A stretch of DNA of 64,000 nucleotides from Candidatus Latescibacterota bacterium (GCA_965248435.1 OZ252100.1:800001-864000); one strand, 5' to 3'; shown: positions 38,720 to 48,961, numbered from the stretch's first letter. Notes: generated from the sequence alone by a model not told the origin. Program-made: numbers and translations.

Positions 38720-40738
38720 TTATTTCGTATCCCTGAGCGCTCTGCTCACTACCTGTGCTACCTGATGAAGCATCAGAGGTTTCTTCATCAAAGATGCGAT
38801 CTCTACGGACGAGGAACCCTCTTCGGTTTCACCCGGCTGATAGCCCGTCATGAGAATAATTGGAATGTCAGGCTTTCGCGCTTTTACCATTGTCGCCAGT
38901 TCCATACCTCCCATTCTCGGCATCACAACATCTGTCAAAACAACATCCACTTCGTCAGCAGCCTCGTCGAAAATCTCGAGGGCGCTGCGCCCGTCGGATG
39001 CTACGAGTACCCGATAGTTCAGCCGGAGTAGCATATCTCTTGTTACTTCCAATACGTGTTCCTGGTCCTCTACCAACAATATCGTTTGTCCAAACCCTTC
39101 AGGCATCCCTATTTCCCCCAGCTCTACGGGGGCCGCTTCCTGCTCGCTTTGTCCTATATAGATTTTGAACTTTGTGCCTTTCCCCACTTCGCTTTCTACG
39201 TCTATATACCCGTCGTGCTGCTTGACGATGCCATAGACCTGCGACAGGCCAAGACCTGTACCCCCAAACGCCTCTCTTGTTGTGAAGAACGGCTGAAAGA
39301 TCTTCGTCATCACTTCTGGCGACATTCCCTTTCCCGTATCTGAAACCGACAACACGACCCAATCTCCGGGTTCAATTTCAGGTACGATGGGAGAACTTGA
39401 AGACAGAATCGATAGTCTTTCACCAGGCTCTATGTGGACTTTTGAAAGAGAGATGCAAACCTCCCCACCTGTCGGCATAGCATCTCTGGCGTTCACAACG
39501 AGGTTTGTGATTACTTCCTGAAGCTGTGGCAGATTCGCATTGATGATACATTCGCCATCCTTAAACTCAGTTGTAATCCGAACGGTCTCTGGTAATGTTT
39601 GCTGTAGAAGCTTCGAGGCTTCCTTCAAAAAGGCAACCAGGTCGACAGGCTGCCGCTTCACACTTGTTTGACGGCTGAAATCTAATATCTGTCGGATGAG
39701 TTGTGCTGCACGTTCTCCCTGGGAAATTATTCTCTTCAGGTCTTTTTTCGCCTCCTGTGACGTGTCCGGGCGCATTGACAGAACTTCGGCGAATCCGATC
39801 ATAACAGTCAGTATATTGTTAAAATCGTGTGATATCCCCGACGCAAGTTTGCCCACAGCTGCCAGCCTGTCCTGCAGCTGCGCCCGTATTCGAACCTGAT
39901 TCTCCTCCGTCACATCGCGTATTATGATCACGTACTTACCACTGCTTCTTCCCTTCCTAATCTTGCTCATCCCCACTTCGAAGATCTGAGGTTGGGGGCC
40001 TTCCACTACCACCTCGGTGGGTAATCCCTCTGCCTTTGCCAGCTCTTCCATAGGGAGCGTCCCCAGATGAGAGATCGCCTCACCTTCATCTGCGTCAGTT
40101 AAGGCTGGCAGATACTGCTGACCAACCGGGTTGGCCAATAGCAGTTGCCACTTCTCATCCAACAAGCATACGCCTAGTGGAAGATGCTCGATAAGCCGAT
40201 CCAATCGTTCCTCACTATCCAGAAACGAATCTTCAGTTTTTTTAAGCTCCGTGTGGATTCGTGCGTTATTGATGCTAATGGCCGCCAGATCTGCAAGCGT
40301 CGTAAACAGTTTCAGATCATCCTCGTCGAATAAACCCCCATTCATCTTATTGAGTACTTCTACTACACCAATGACCTCGTCTTTTACTCGCAAGGGAACA
40401 GCCAAGATCGATCTCGTCCTAAATCCGGTGGTTTCATCAATCCCCTTAAAGAAGTGTTTGTCCTCTTCTACATCTGAAAGAATCCTTGGCTTTCCTGTCT
40501 TTACCACCCAGCCCGCAATACCCTGTCCCTTTGGGAATCGTTTGCCTTGTGCCTCTCCCCCCTTGGCTCCCGATGCAATCTCGATGACCAATTCATCTGA
40601 TTCATCATCGAGAAGTATAACCGACCCGGCCTCTGCCCTCATCACCTCAGTTGCAGATTCTAAAGTAAAGCCAAGAACCTCCTCTAAATTCAGAGAGGAG
40701 TTAATCAACCGGATCACATCGGTAATGATTGTATCCAT
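38720..40738 (-). CDS. Cytoplasmic hybrid histidine kinase GAF-PAS-HisKA-HATPase-REC (paralog B)
   Basis: Colinear with and highly similar to 35743..37773 (e.g. shared [13 protein letters not shown] insertion). Confidence 0.94.
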   Translation of the reverse strand: MDTIITDVIRLINSSLNLEEVLGFTLESATEVMRAEAGSVILLDDESDELVIEIASGAKGGEAQGKRFPKGQGIAGWVVKTGKPRILSDVEEDKHFFKGIDETTGFRTRSILAVPLRVKDEVIGVVEVLNKMNGGLFDEDDLKLFTTLADLAAISINNARIHTELKKTEDSFLDSEERLDRLIEHLPLGVCLLDEKWQLLLANPVGQQYLPALTDADEGEAISHLGTLPMEELAKAEGLPTEVVVEGPQPQIFEVGMSKIRKGRSSGKYVIIIRDVTEENQVRIRAQLQDRLAAVGKLASGISHDFNNILTVMIGFAEVLSMRPDTSQEAKKDLKRIISQGERAAQLIRQILDFSRQTSVKRQPVDLVAFLKEASKLLQQTLPETVRITTEFKDGECIINANLPQLQEVITNLVVNARDAMPTGGEVCISLSKVHIEPGERLSILSSSSPIVPEIEPGDWVVLSVSDTGKGMSPEVMTKIFQPFFTTREAFGGTGLGLSQVYGIVKQHDGYIDVESEVGKGTKFKIYIGQSEQEAAPVELGEIGMPEGFGQTILLVEDQEHVLEVTRDMLLRLNYRVLVASDGRSALEIFDEAADEVDVVLTDVVMPRMGGMELATMVKARKPDIPIILMTGYQPGETEEGSSSVEIASLMKKPLMLHQVAQVVSRALRDTK

Positions 40739-40791
40739 AGTTATTTCCTTGTGTCCCTTACTATAACCTCCCCTGGAATTCCGTCTCGTGT

Positions 40792-40807
40792 CGTGATGCG
40801 AATCACG
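40792..40807. promoter_or_regulatory. CRP-like box upstream of kinase B
   Basis: CGTGA-TGCGAA-TCACG. Confidence 0.55.
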
Positions 40808-40967
40808 TCAGATTGAAATATATTCAACGTAATCCGCGATATGAAAGCTCTTTTCAAGAATGTTCACTTTCCTGCGCTTTAGTGCGGCTAACTGAACAAT
40901 TCTCTCCACTTTTTGTGTTGAAAGTCACACTTGACGAGCAATAGATGTGACTTCTGCCCACTATAAC

Positions 40968-41000
40968 AAAATGGCCGTGAACACCTTCTTCACGACCATT
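40968..41000. terminator. GGYCGTGA-family hairpin (copy 7)
   Basis: AAAATGGCCGTGAA-CACCTTC-TTCACGACCATT. Confidence 0.6.
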
Positions 41001-41081
41001 CTTTCTTCGCTGCAAGAAATCCTTCAGGCTCCGATCCTCGTCAGGAACTCAGGGTCCGGGGCGTTTCGTTTCGATCTCACA

Positions 41082-41918
41082 CTACCACAGGCGCGCGATG
41101 CCGATGGTGATGGTGGAAAGCTGTGAAGTCGTGCGTCCGCTCACAGTCCATCGCCCATCGGCATGGACCTGCCAGTTGGGTGAAAACAGCACAGACACTC
41201 CCGGTCCTGCATTGATGTACCCTTGTTCAGAGACCTGGTGCATCATTGTAGAGGATCCAGTGCCGGAATTAGACGTGCTCTCCACCAGATCAAGACGCCC
41301 TCGCAGCAACAGCTTCGAGTTGACTGAGACGCCGCCCCCCAAATGCCCATACTATTCATTCTCGGGTGTTCCGCCGCGAACTTTGATCCCGAAATTCGCA
41401 GTAAGGTACGCAGGTGCCGGGTGCAAAGAGAGACCCAGCGCAGCCTCAGCGAGCAGATCGGTACTACCCGATCCCAGGGGCGGTTCCGCTTCTGAATCAT
41501 AACCCAAAGGCAACTTCAGACCGATCTGAGGCGACACGACCAGTGCTCCCGTTTGTGATACAGTATAGCGAAGCAGAAGCGTGAGGTCGGCAAGCCCACT
41601 GGTGCTGTGCGTTGAGGCTAAAGCCTCAACATCTATGGCCTTGCCGAACGTGGACCCCACCAGTGTGGCTTTATCGCTGAGCCCATACTCAAAGTAGAGA
41701 TACCCCGCATTTTCGCTGTAGTCCTCCGGCATCTGAAGCAAGCCGAGCGGCTCCGTGTTTCCGTCGGCATCATACCCCTTTGTGGCCGTCGAACGACCAA
41801 AGCTGAACTGCGCGTATCCCTTCCCTTTGCCGCGCGGCCACTGGGCGTTGGCGTCCAACACAGCGACGGCCAAGAGAAAGAACAGAAGTCCATTCGTCAA
41901 AAGGCGTTGCATGCGCAC
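41082..41918 (-). pseudogene. Outer-membrane beta-barrel-like exported protein interrupted by an in-frame TAG at 41352-41354
   Basis: Signal peptide, QWPRGKGKGY, YFEYGLSD, PLGSGSTD; ...GGTPENE*YGHLGGGVSV... continues in frame to the C-terminal IGIARLW. Confidence 0.75.
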
Positions 41919-42041
41919 CCTCCAGAAATTCCCGGCTTCCTAAGCTATCGCTAGCTTCTACAACGCTCCAGTCCGCACCCGGTTCCGGCCTTCCAGAAGT
42001 CTGATTTGGTGATCCAATCTAGCATAGACCCGCGCAAAAGC

Positions 42042-42057
42042 TGTGTCCGTAATCACA
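42042..42057. promoter_or_regulatory. CRP-like box
   Basis: TGTGT-CCGTAA-TCACA upstream of the 41918 gene. Confidence 0.5.
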
Positions 42058-42105
42058 GATTATGTGGCTGTGGCAGCGCCCCAGATTTCGAAGTTTGGAA
42101 TACAT

Positions 42106-42146
42106 AGAAAACAGGGCCGTGGGGGAAAATCACGGCCCTGTTTTCT
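42106..42146. terminator. GGCCGTG hairpin (copy 8, divergent family member)
   Basis: AGAAAACAGGGCCGTG..CACGGCCCTGTTTTCT, 16-bp stem. Confidence 0.7.
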
Positions 42147-42402
42147 TGTCTTTATCTGGAGGAGGGGCAGCAATTACATCATCTTCATTTCGTTGGGGAT
42201 GACTCCTCAAATGGAAAGCGCAAGAAGGGCAAATTCAGAATCCCTGGAGGACCTCGTTTACTCTCGCCTTCGCTCAAAACAGGAGCGATCCCCGCAGGCG
42301 GCGCTGTCCAGTAGGTATTCCCCAAGAGAAATGATACAATATGTTAATTTACAGGCAGTTCCATTTACGATCAATCCTTAAATCTGACGGAAAAGTCGAA
42401 TT

Positions 42403-43122
42403 TTAACGGCTATGTCTACAAAGTTTGCGATACTGACTGGGGGGCATCCCCTCGAGACTGACGAAGGCGTCTCTCAGCCTCTGCTGGTTTTTGAAGCCGC
42501 AATCAGCCGAAATGGCGCCGAGGGTCAGATCACTCGAGCTTATCAGTTTTTTTGCGGATTCGACCCTGTAGTAGGAGAGGCGCTTTCTGAACGTCGCACC
42601 GACGTGTTTTTGGAACAACCTGCAGGCATAACTTCTGGAAATTCTAAAATGCTCGTGAAGGTCCTTAAGCCTGAGACGAGGTTCCCCCGCGTGTTCTCTC
42701 ACAAATTCATCCAGTCTGTCTGCAAGGATATGCGGTGAGATGTGCCGCTCCTTGTCGACGATCGTGCCTGCGGCGACCCTGAGTTTCGAGATGAACTCAC
42801 TTGTCTTGAACGGCTTTCTCAGAAAATCCCTGGCCCCGAGCCTGACCGCTTCGATCGCAGTATCCAGGGTGGCATAACCGGTAATCAGGATGACCTCTGT
42901 CCTGATGAATTTTTGTTTCATGGCTTTCAGCACATCCAGTCCTGTCAGGTCCGGCAGATTGATGTCCAGGATCGCCAGATGAAAAGGCTGATTCTCCAGT
43001 AACTTTAATGCATCCGTGCCATTCGAGCGCGTTTCAACCTTCCAGTTCGGCTCCGCGCCTTTGATTGCTCGTTCTAGAAAAGCAGCCACTCTGTCTTCAT
43101 CATCCACGATCAGGACATCCAT
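42403..43122 (-). CDS. Response regulator with AraC-type HTH (paralog 2)
   Basis: IVDDE, LDINLP, ITG, RKPF; HILADRLD..FRISRSYACRLF matches HALAERLD..FRISRRYASRLF of 30659..31357. Confidence 0.92.
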   Translation of the reverse strand: MDVLIVDDEDRVAAFLERAIKGAEPNWKVETRSNGTDALKLLENQPFHLAILDINLPDLTGLDVLKAMKQKFIRTEVILITGYATLDTAIEAVRLGARDFLRKPFKTSEFISKLRVAAGTIVDKERHISPHILADRLDEFVREHAGEPRLRLKDLHEHFRISRSYACRLFQKHVGATFRKRLSYYRVESAKKLISSSDLTLGAISADCGFKNQQRLRDAFVSLEGMPPSQYRKLCRHSR

Positions 43123-43127
43123 CTCTT

Positions 43128-44537
43128 CTACTCCGATCGAGCATCTCTGGCCATGAGTGGAAGGACAACCGAAACTGACGTGCCGCGCCCAACTTCGCTC
43201 GTCAAGTGAATATCCCCGTTGTGCACTTTCGCGATCATCTCACAGATCGACAGGCCCAGGCCCGTACCGCCCGTTCTGCGCGATCGATCCTTCCTCACGC
43301 GGTAGAATCGCTCGAACACCTTCCCTTGTTCATCCTCTGGAATCCCCGGGCCCTTATCCCTAACTGTGACTTTCAAACCGCTGCTTCCGTTGAAGGCGTG
43401 AGCCTCCTTGTCCACGATCACTTCGACGGACTGACCCTCATCAGACAATTTGGAGGCGTTGGAAACCAGATTGAGAAACAGCTGAGCGAGCAAGTTCTCG
43501 TCTCCCACGACGCCGGCCGATCCCCGAACATCCAGAATCAAATCCTGATGTTTCAACGAGCACACCGCCTCCCAGTCTCTCGCTTGTTCATCGAGGAACT
43601 GTGCGATGTCAATCGGCGTCTTCGTGATCGAAAGAGAGGCCGTATCACCTCGGGCCAGCAGTAGGAGGTTATCTACAATGTGGATAATATTCAGCGTTTC
43701 CTCCAGGAGGTCCGAAAGGATTTCGACGTACTCCCTATTCTCCCTCTCCCGGGTCAGAGCAACCTCGATATTTCCCCTCAGGATCGTGAGCGGTGTATGG
43801 AGTTCGTGCGCGACATTGGATGAAAAGTTATTGATTCCGTTGTAGGACGTCTCGAGTCGCTCGAAAAGGTCATTCAAGGTTTCGACGAGACGTTTTAGCT
43901 CCGTATCCCCCTCAACGAGCTCGATCTGTTTATTTAGGCTGTCGAGATCCTTCTCCGCAACAGCCTGCTGGATGGACAACATCGGCCTGACCATCCTGCC
44001 CGCAAACAGGTAGGCGATACCGACACCGAAGATGGCAAGGATCAACAGGGAAACCAGGATACTGTCCTTCAGGATTTCGACATATCCGGTCACGTCCGCC
44101 ATGCTGGAGGCGACCAGAATGTAAGCGACGCGTCTGGCTTCCCTTTCAACAGGAAAGACGACGCACATGAGCCGGGTCTTGCTCACTTCAAGGGTAACGG
44201 TCTCCGGTTTGGAGACAGGTCGGAAGTCGTAAAACTGTTGAAACTCCAGACGACCGACATTGCTGCTCTTTCTGAGTGTCCTGAACTCGGAGTCTGTAGC
44301 CACGATGTACTCCTCGTCCGCGCCGTGCCACTCGTGGTGGTCCAGAACCGCAACTTCCCCTCCACTCAAGACGACGGTCTGGGAGAACTCATAGGCGTCT
44401 TCAAGAAGCTCGACTTCGAGTTCCGCCAATGCCGCTTTCTCGAAAGAAAGGGTATACACGAGAGAGCTGACGAAAAGTACGGACAGGCCCATCAACACGA
44501 ACGCGGCCAGGAGTCTTGATCTCAGGCTGAACTTCAT
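43128..44537 (-). CDS. Membrane sensor histidine kinase with HAMP (CusS-like class)
   Basis: Two TMs, VAHELHTPL, NLVSNA, DKGPGI, FERFYR, GTGLGL. Confidence 0.93.
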   Translation of the reverse strand: MKFSLRSRLLAAFVLMGLSVLFVSSLVYTLSFEKAALAELEVELLEDAYEFSQTVVLSGGEVAVLDHHEWHGADEEYIVATDSEFRTLRKSSNVGRLEFQQFYDFRPVSKPETVTLEVSKTRLMCVVFPVEREARRVAYILVASSMADVTGYVEILKDSILVSLLILAIFGVGIAYLFAGRMVRPMLSIQQAVAEKDLDSLNKQIELVEGDTELKRLVETLNDLFERLETSYNGINNFSSNVAHELHTPLTILRGNIEVALTRERENREYVEILSDLLEETLNIIHIVDNLLLLARGDTASLSITKTPIDIAQFLDEQARDWEAVCSLKHQDLILDVRGSAGVVGDENLLAQLFLNLVSNASKLSDEGQSVEVIVDKEAHAFNGSSGLKVTVRDKGPGIPEDEQGKVFERFYRVRKDRSRRTGGTGLGLSICEMIAKVHNGDIHLTSEVGRGTSVSVVLPLMARDARSE

Positions 44538-45208
44538 CTTTCAGGGTCCTTCAGAATGTAGCCGGCGCCACGGACGGTGTGGATCAGCGGCCGTTGCGAC
44601 CCGCAATTCAGTTTCTTTCTGAGGTAATTGATGTAGACGTCTATCACGTTCGATCCCCGGTCGAAATTGACGTTCCACACGCGATCTGCAAGGGCTGCTC
44701 GAGTGATCAGCCGGTTCTGATTGAGCAGAAAATACTCAAGAATCGCGAACTCCTTGTTTGAAAGGTCTATCTGCTCCTCGCCTCTTCGCACGGTTCGCTC
44801 CGCAACATTCATCTCCAGATCGTCCACGCGCAGCGCCTCGACTGTCGAATGTCTTCTGCGCAAGAGTGCCCGGATTCTCGCCAGCAATTCCAGAAATGAA
44901 AACGGCTTGGTCACATAGTCGTCCGCACCGGCTTCAAATCCCGCGACCTTGTCCGTCACGTCGCCCTTTACCGTCAAGAACATAATCGGCAGTTTCGGCG
45001 ACCTCTTTCGGATCTCTTTGCACACCGTAAGGCCGTCCATCTCCGGCAACATCCAGTCGATGATCACCAGATCGAAAGAGTCGACCGCGAACGCGTCCAG
45101 TCCCGACTTTCCATCAACCTGCACATCCACGGCGTATCCGCTCTCGGTAAGCCCTTTGACGAGGAACGACGCCACCTTCCTATCGTCCTCGATCAGCAGA
45201 AGTCGCAC
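44534..45208 (-). CDS. OmpR/CusR-family response regulator
   Basis: GTG start at 45208 after GGGAG; LIEDD, DWMLP, GADDYVTKPF, NVIDVYINYLRKK, HTVRGAGY. Confidence 0.94.
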   Translation of the reverse strand: MRLLLIEDDRKVASFLVKGLTESGYAVDVQVDGKSGLDAFAVDSFDLVIIDWMLPEMDGLTVCKEIRKRSPKLPIMFLTVKGDVTDKVAGFEAGADDYVTKPFSFLELLARIRALLRRRHSTVEALRVDDLEMNVAERTVRRGEEQIDLSNKEFAILEYFLLNQNRLITRAALADRVWNVNFDRGSNVIDVYINYLRKKLNCGSQRPLIHTVRGAGYILKDPER

Positions 45209-45300
45209 CGTTTGCACTCCCTGAAATGGCAACAAAGAAATTGGTGATGGACTCTTAAAACATACGCAAGAAAAACTCGAGCTGCACGCGAAAAGGGCAA

Positions 45301-45339
45301 CATTAGAGCTTTCTAATGTTGGCTTAATGCCGTTCTAAT
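45301..45339. promoter_or_regulatory. OmpR-family binding repeats in the divergent promoter
   Basis: YTAAT at 45313, 45324 and 45335 (11-bp period) plus the CATTAG..CTAATG palindrome. Confidence 0.6.
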
Positions 45340-45472
45340 CCTGCCTTTCTATCTTTGACTTCGACCGGCATCGCTGCCACCCATCATCGGGCAAGGAGAC
45401 GAATTGATCAGACACCCTTCGAAGATTCTTACGGATCACGCAGGCGTTCTCTGGATCGATGCGGCACGGAAC

Positions 45473-45787
45473 ATGAGGCGTTTGTTAACAAGGCTGTCTA
45501 AGCAGAAGAAAGAGGAATTTCTTCATGCAGCTAGAGAAGGCAGGGCGATTCAGATTCGAACACTGCTTACGGCAGGCGTCAATCCCAACACGAAGTCGAT
45601 GTTCGGGGAAACAGCCTTGATGATGGCGGTTCAGAACAGTCATAGGCCGGTCGTTCAACTCCTGCTCGAATCCGGCGCGAATCCTGATACAGAATCACTC
45701 CTTGGGGAGACGGCTCTGATGATGGCCGTTCGAAACGGTGATCCATGTGTCACTCAACTCCTGGAAAATCTCGGAGCAAGCAGGTGA
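45473..45787 (+). CDS. Small ankyrin-repeat protein
   Basis: Two GETALMMAV ankyrin repeats. Confidence 0.8.
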   Translation: MRRLLTRLSKQKKEEFLHAAREGRAIQIRTLLTAGVNPNTKSMFGETALMMAVQNSHRPVVQLLLESGANPDTESLLGETALMMAVRNGDPCVTQLLENLGASR

Positions 45788-45861
45788 TGAAATTCCCCTT
45801 GTGACTGAACTTCCAACTTTCGACATCGTGGAGCCTTCCTAAACCCAAACAGGAGGTCAAA

Positions 45862-48270
45862 ATGACTCGGTTCATTGGGATCCAAATATGCATCCTGCTT
45901 TGCCTCTTCCACGAAACCAGCTTTGCTCAGGGACCCGTGCAAGAACGCGAGACCGCGCAGATTCAAGGTCGAATCATCGATGCCGATTCTAAGGAACCCG
46001 TCCCCTCGGTGAATGTGGCGCTGAGCGGGACTCGCCTTGGCAGCACCACAGATCGGGATGGGCGGTTCAGGATCGAGCGAATCCCCCAGGGGGTCTATGC
46101 GCTTCGGGCGAGCCGTGTGGGATACGAAGAGGTGGTCTACGAGAACGTCCGCATCGAGGGTCCAACCTCGCTGGATCTCGACCTGCGCATGACGCGCGTG
46201 GTCCACGAACTCAAAGAGATCACTGTAACTCCGGGTTCCTTTTCATTCATGGAATCGAGTTCATCCACCCAACAGACCATGTCCCGGGAGGACATCGAGA
46301 CCGTACCCCAGTTTGGAGAGGACATCTTTCGCGCCGTGAATCGTCTGCCCGGTCTTTCGTCAGGGGACTACTCTGCACATTTCTCCATTCGCGGCGGCAG
46401 ACACGACGAAACCCTCATCCTCCTTGACGGGTTGGAAATCTACGAACCGTATCACCTCAAGGACTTCAACGAGGGCGCAATCAGCATCATCGATGTCGAG
46501 GCTATCGAGAGCATCGAACTGATGACAGGCGGGTTCCCAGCGGAATACGGCAACAGACTGAGCGGCGTCTTCAGTCTCACATCCTCTAAGAGGCCGAAAC
46601 CCGGCCACGCGAGCTACAGCCTGGGTATCAGCTTCTTGAACGCACGCGCGAAGTCCGAAGGCACTTTTACAGAGGATAAAGGCTCGTGGTTTCTCTCGGC
46701 CCGCAGAGGATATCTGGACCTTGTATTGAATCTTATGAATCAGAATGATCTTCCGTCCCCCGTGTATTATGACATCTTTTCGAAGATCCGATACGAAGTC
46801 AATCCGCGACATACGCTCTCTTTGAATGTGCTCCACGCCCGTGACAAATACACTTTTGACGCAAAAGCCACGACTGGATTTCAGGACACGATCAAGACCC
46901 GTGAGGACGCAAACAACCGCTACGGGAATTCCTACGTTTGGGCCACCCTGAACTCAACGTTGACGCAAAAATTAGCCGTTAGGAGCATGGCTTCGGCAGG
47001 CCTCGTGACCAGAGATCGAGATGGCACTGAAGAATACATCGACATTCCTGAACCCATCTACGCACTGACGAATAAACGTGACTTCTCGATTCTGGCGTTC
47101 AAGCAGGATTGGATTTACGAGTCCTCCGGTTTTATGCTCACGGAATTCGGCTACGATCTGAAGAAAGAGGATACAGACGATACGTTTACGAACATCGTCG
47201 GCAAAAACCCGGATGACCCCTCTGCGGACCCGCTGGCGCACTACCCCATAGTGAACCGCACCAACTTCAAGAAAAGCGGCACGCTCCTGGGGATGTATCT
47301 CGCCAACCGCTTTCAGTTTCTCGATCCCCTCGTCCTCGAAATCGGGCTGCGATACGATCGGGCCTCCTACACAAAAGACAGCGATTTCAGTCCGCGCCTG
47401 AACGCGCTTGTGAAACTCGCACAAAGAAGCAACTTGCGCCTCGGCTGGGGCTTCTACCGGCAGATCCAGAGCATCGAGGATGTGTCTGCGCTGAATGACC
47501 AGGATGCCTATTTCCCATCCGAGCTCTCAAAACAGTGGACAGCTGGATTCGAACACGTTTTCGTCGACGGCGCGAGACTGCGCGTGGAGGGCTACTACAA
47601 ACGGGGCTCGAACCTCAGACCGAAATACAGGAACTGGGTCGGCTCCCCCGATGTCTTTCCAGAGACGAATGAAGACAGGATTCTTGTCTTTCCAGAGAAA
47701 ACGACCTCGAAAGGGTTGGAGATCTACTACAATCAGAACCTGGGAAGCAAACTCTCCTTGAGAGGGAGCTACGCGTTCACGTTCGCAGTTGAACAGGCAA
47801 ATCGGATAGACAACGTAAACGACCCCGCAGCGATCGATTTCGACAGGAACCAACCCAATCCCCAGGACCAACGGCATGCGTTGAATCTGGATTCTACGTA
47901 TCGCCCGTCTAGAACCTGGTCGATCACCATGTCATACGCCTATCACACGGGATGGCCCGCTACCCTGCAGGATATGTTCGAAGTCACGGGGGAGGACGGC
48001 GAACCTGATTTGGCCGTAAAACCACTCAAGCTCTACGGCGCCAGACTTCCCGACTATCACCGGATGGACGTACGCGTGACCAGAAAATTCGCAACCTCGA
48101 GGGGCGACCTTCGATTCTTCTTCGAAGTCGTGAATCTCACGAATCATTCCAATGTGTTCGGGTATGACTATTTCAAGACGCTGGACAGCAACGGCGAATT
48201 CAGACTCCAACAGGATGTGGAAACCTGGTTCATCATACTGCCATCGATAGGGATAAGCTGGAGTTTGTAG
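45862..48270 (+). CDS. TonB-dependent receptor with N-terminal carboxypeptidase-regulatory-like domain
   Basis: Signal peptide, IQGRIIDA..GSTTDRDGRF, plug SIRGG..GGFPAEYGNRLSG, RLPDYHRMD, C-terminal PSIGISWSL. Confidence 0.92.
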   Translation: MTRFIGIQICILLCLFHETSFAQGPVQERETAQIQGRIIDADSKEPVPSVNVALSGTRLGSTTDRDGRFRIERIPQGVYALRASRVGYEEVVYENVRIEGPTSLDLDLRMTRVVHELKEITVTPGSFSFMESSSSTQQTMSREDIETVPQFGEDIFRAVNRLPGLSSGDYSAHFSIRGGRHDETLILLDGLEIYEPYHLKDFNEGAISIIDVEAIESIELMTGGFPAEYGNRLSGVFSLTSSKRPKPGHASYSLGISFLNARAKSEGTFTEDKGSWFLSARRGYLDLVLNLMNQNDLPSPVYYDIFSKIRYEVNPRHTLSLNVLHARDKYTFDAKATTGFQDTIKTREDANNRYGNSYVWATLNSTLTQKLAVRSMASAGLVTRDRDGTEEYIDIPEPIYALTNKRDFSILAFKQDWIYESSGFMLTEFGYDLKKEDTDDTFTNIVGKNPDDPSADPLAHYPIVNRTNFKKSGTLLGMYLANRFQFLDPLVLEIGLRYDRASYTKDSDFSPRLNALVKLAQRSNLRLGWGFYRQIQSIEDVSALNDQDAYFPSELSKQWTAGFEHVFVDGARLRVEGYYKRGSNLRPKYRNWVGSPDVFPETNEDRILVFPEKTTSKGLEIYYNQNLGSKLSLRGSYAFTFAVEQANRIDNVNDPAAIDFDRNQPNPQDQRHALNLDSTYRPSRTWSITMSYAYHTGWPATLQDMFEVTGEDGEPDLAVKPLKLYGARLPDYHRMDVRVTRKFATSRGDLRFFFEVVNLTNHSNVFGYDYFKTLDSNGEFRLQQDVETWFIILPSIGISWSL

Positions 48271-48364
48271 ATCACCGACTTTCGACTACGCACATCGCAA
48301 ATCTGTTCGGCTTGACATCTCTGGCCTGGATGGATTGTTTTATACGTGAAGAGCCCCAATCAAG

Positions 48365-48922
48365 ATGGAGGTGGCTATGGAAAGGAACTTCGGCCTGTTT
48401 TGCACCGGTTTCGCTCTGGCGGTACTGCTCACAGGTACATCAGAGATCCTCGGCGTCGAGGGTTCCATTCAAATCAAGAAGAGCAAAAGACCAGCCCTGC
48501 ACGAGATGGCCCGAATCACCATCCTAAAGGCCATAGATATCGCGACCGCCAGGTTCGAGGGAACGGCACTGGAAGCGGAACTGGAAACCGAGGACGGCTA
48601 CCTGGTCTACGAGGTGGGTGTCTCGACCGCGGACGGCGCAGTGATGGAGATCGTCATCGATGCGGGCAATGGCAGCATACTGAAGACCGAGCAGGAGGAG
48701 GATGAAGAGGAAGTGCTCCTCGGCAAATCGGCGAAGATTTCGTTAAAAGATGCACTGAAAGCGGCAATCGCGGCGTGGCCTGGTACCGTAGTGGAAGCGG
48801 AGTTGGAACGAAAGAAGGGGCACCTTATATATAATGTACAGATTGTCAATGCGGATCGCAAAACTTCAGAAGTAGCAGTCGATGCCATTACCGGGGAAGT
48901 TCTGAAACATTCTCAAGACTGA
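48365..48922 (+). CDS. Exported protein with two PepSY domains
   Basis: EAELE..YEV..IDAGNGSIL and EAELE..YNV..VDAITGEVL. Confidence 0.9.
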   Translation: MEVAMERNFGLFCTGFALAVLLTGTSEILGVEGSIQIKKSKRPALHEMARITILKAIDIATARFEGTALEAELETEDGYLVYEVGVSTADGAVMEIVIDAGNGSILKTEQEEDEEEVLLGKSAKISLKDALKAAIAAWPGTVVEAELERKKGHLIYNVQIVNADRKTSEVAVDAITGEVLKHSQD

Positions 48923-48961
48923 AGGGGGGCAGAGTCACTCTAGAGCTGAGTTGAGTAAAAC

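Noticed and set aside
6545-41918. Genome-wide reassignment of TAG
   Set aside because: Many full-length genes in the window terminate at TAG where their families normally end.
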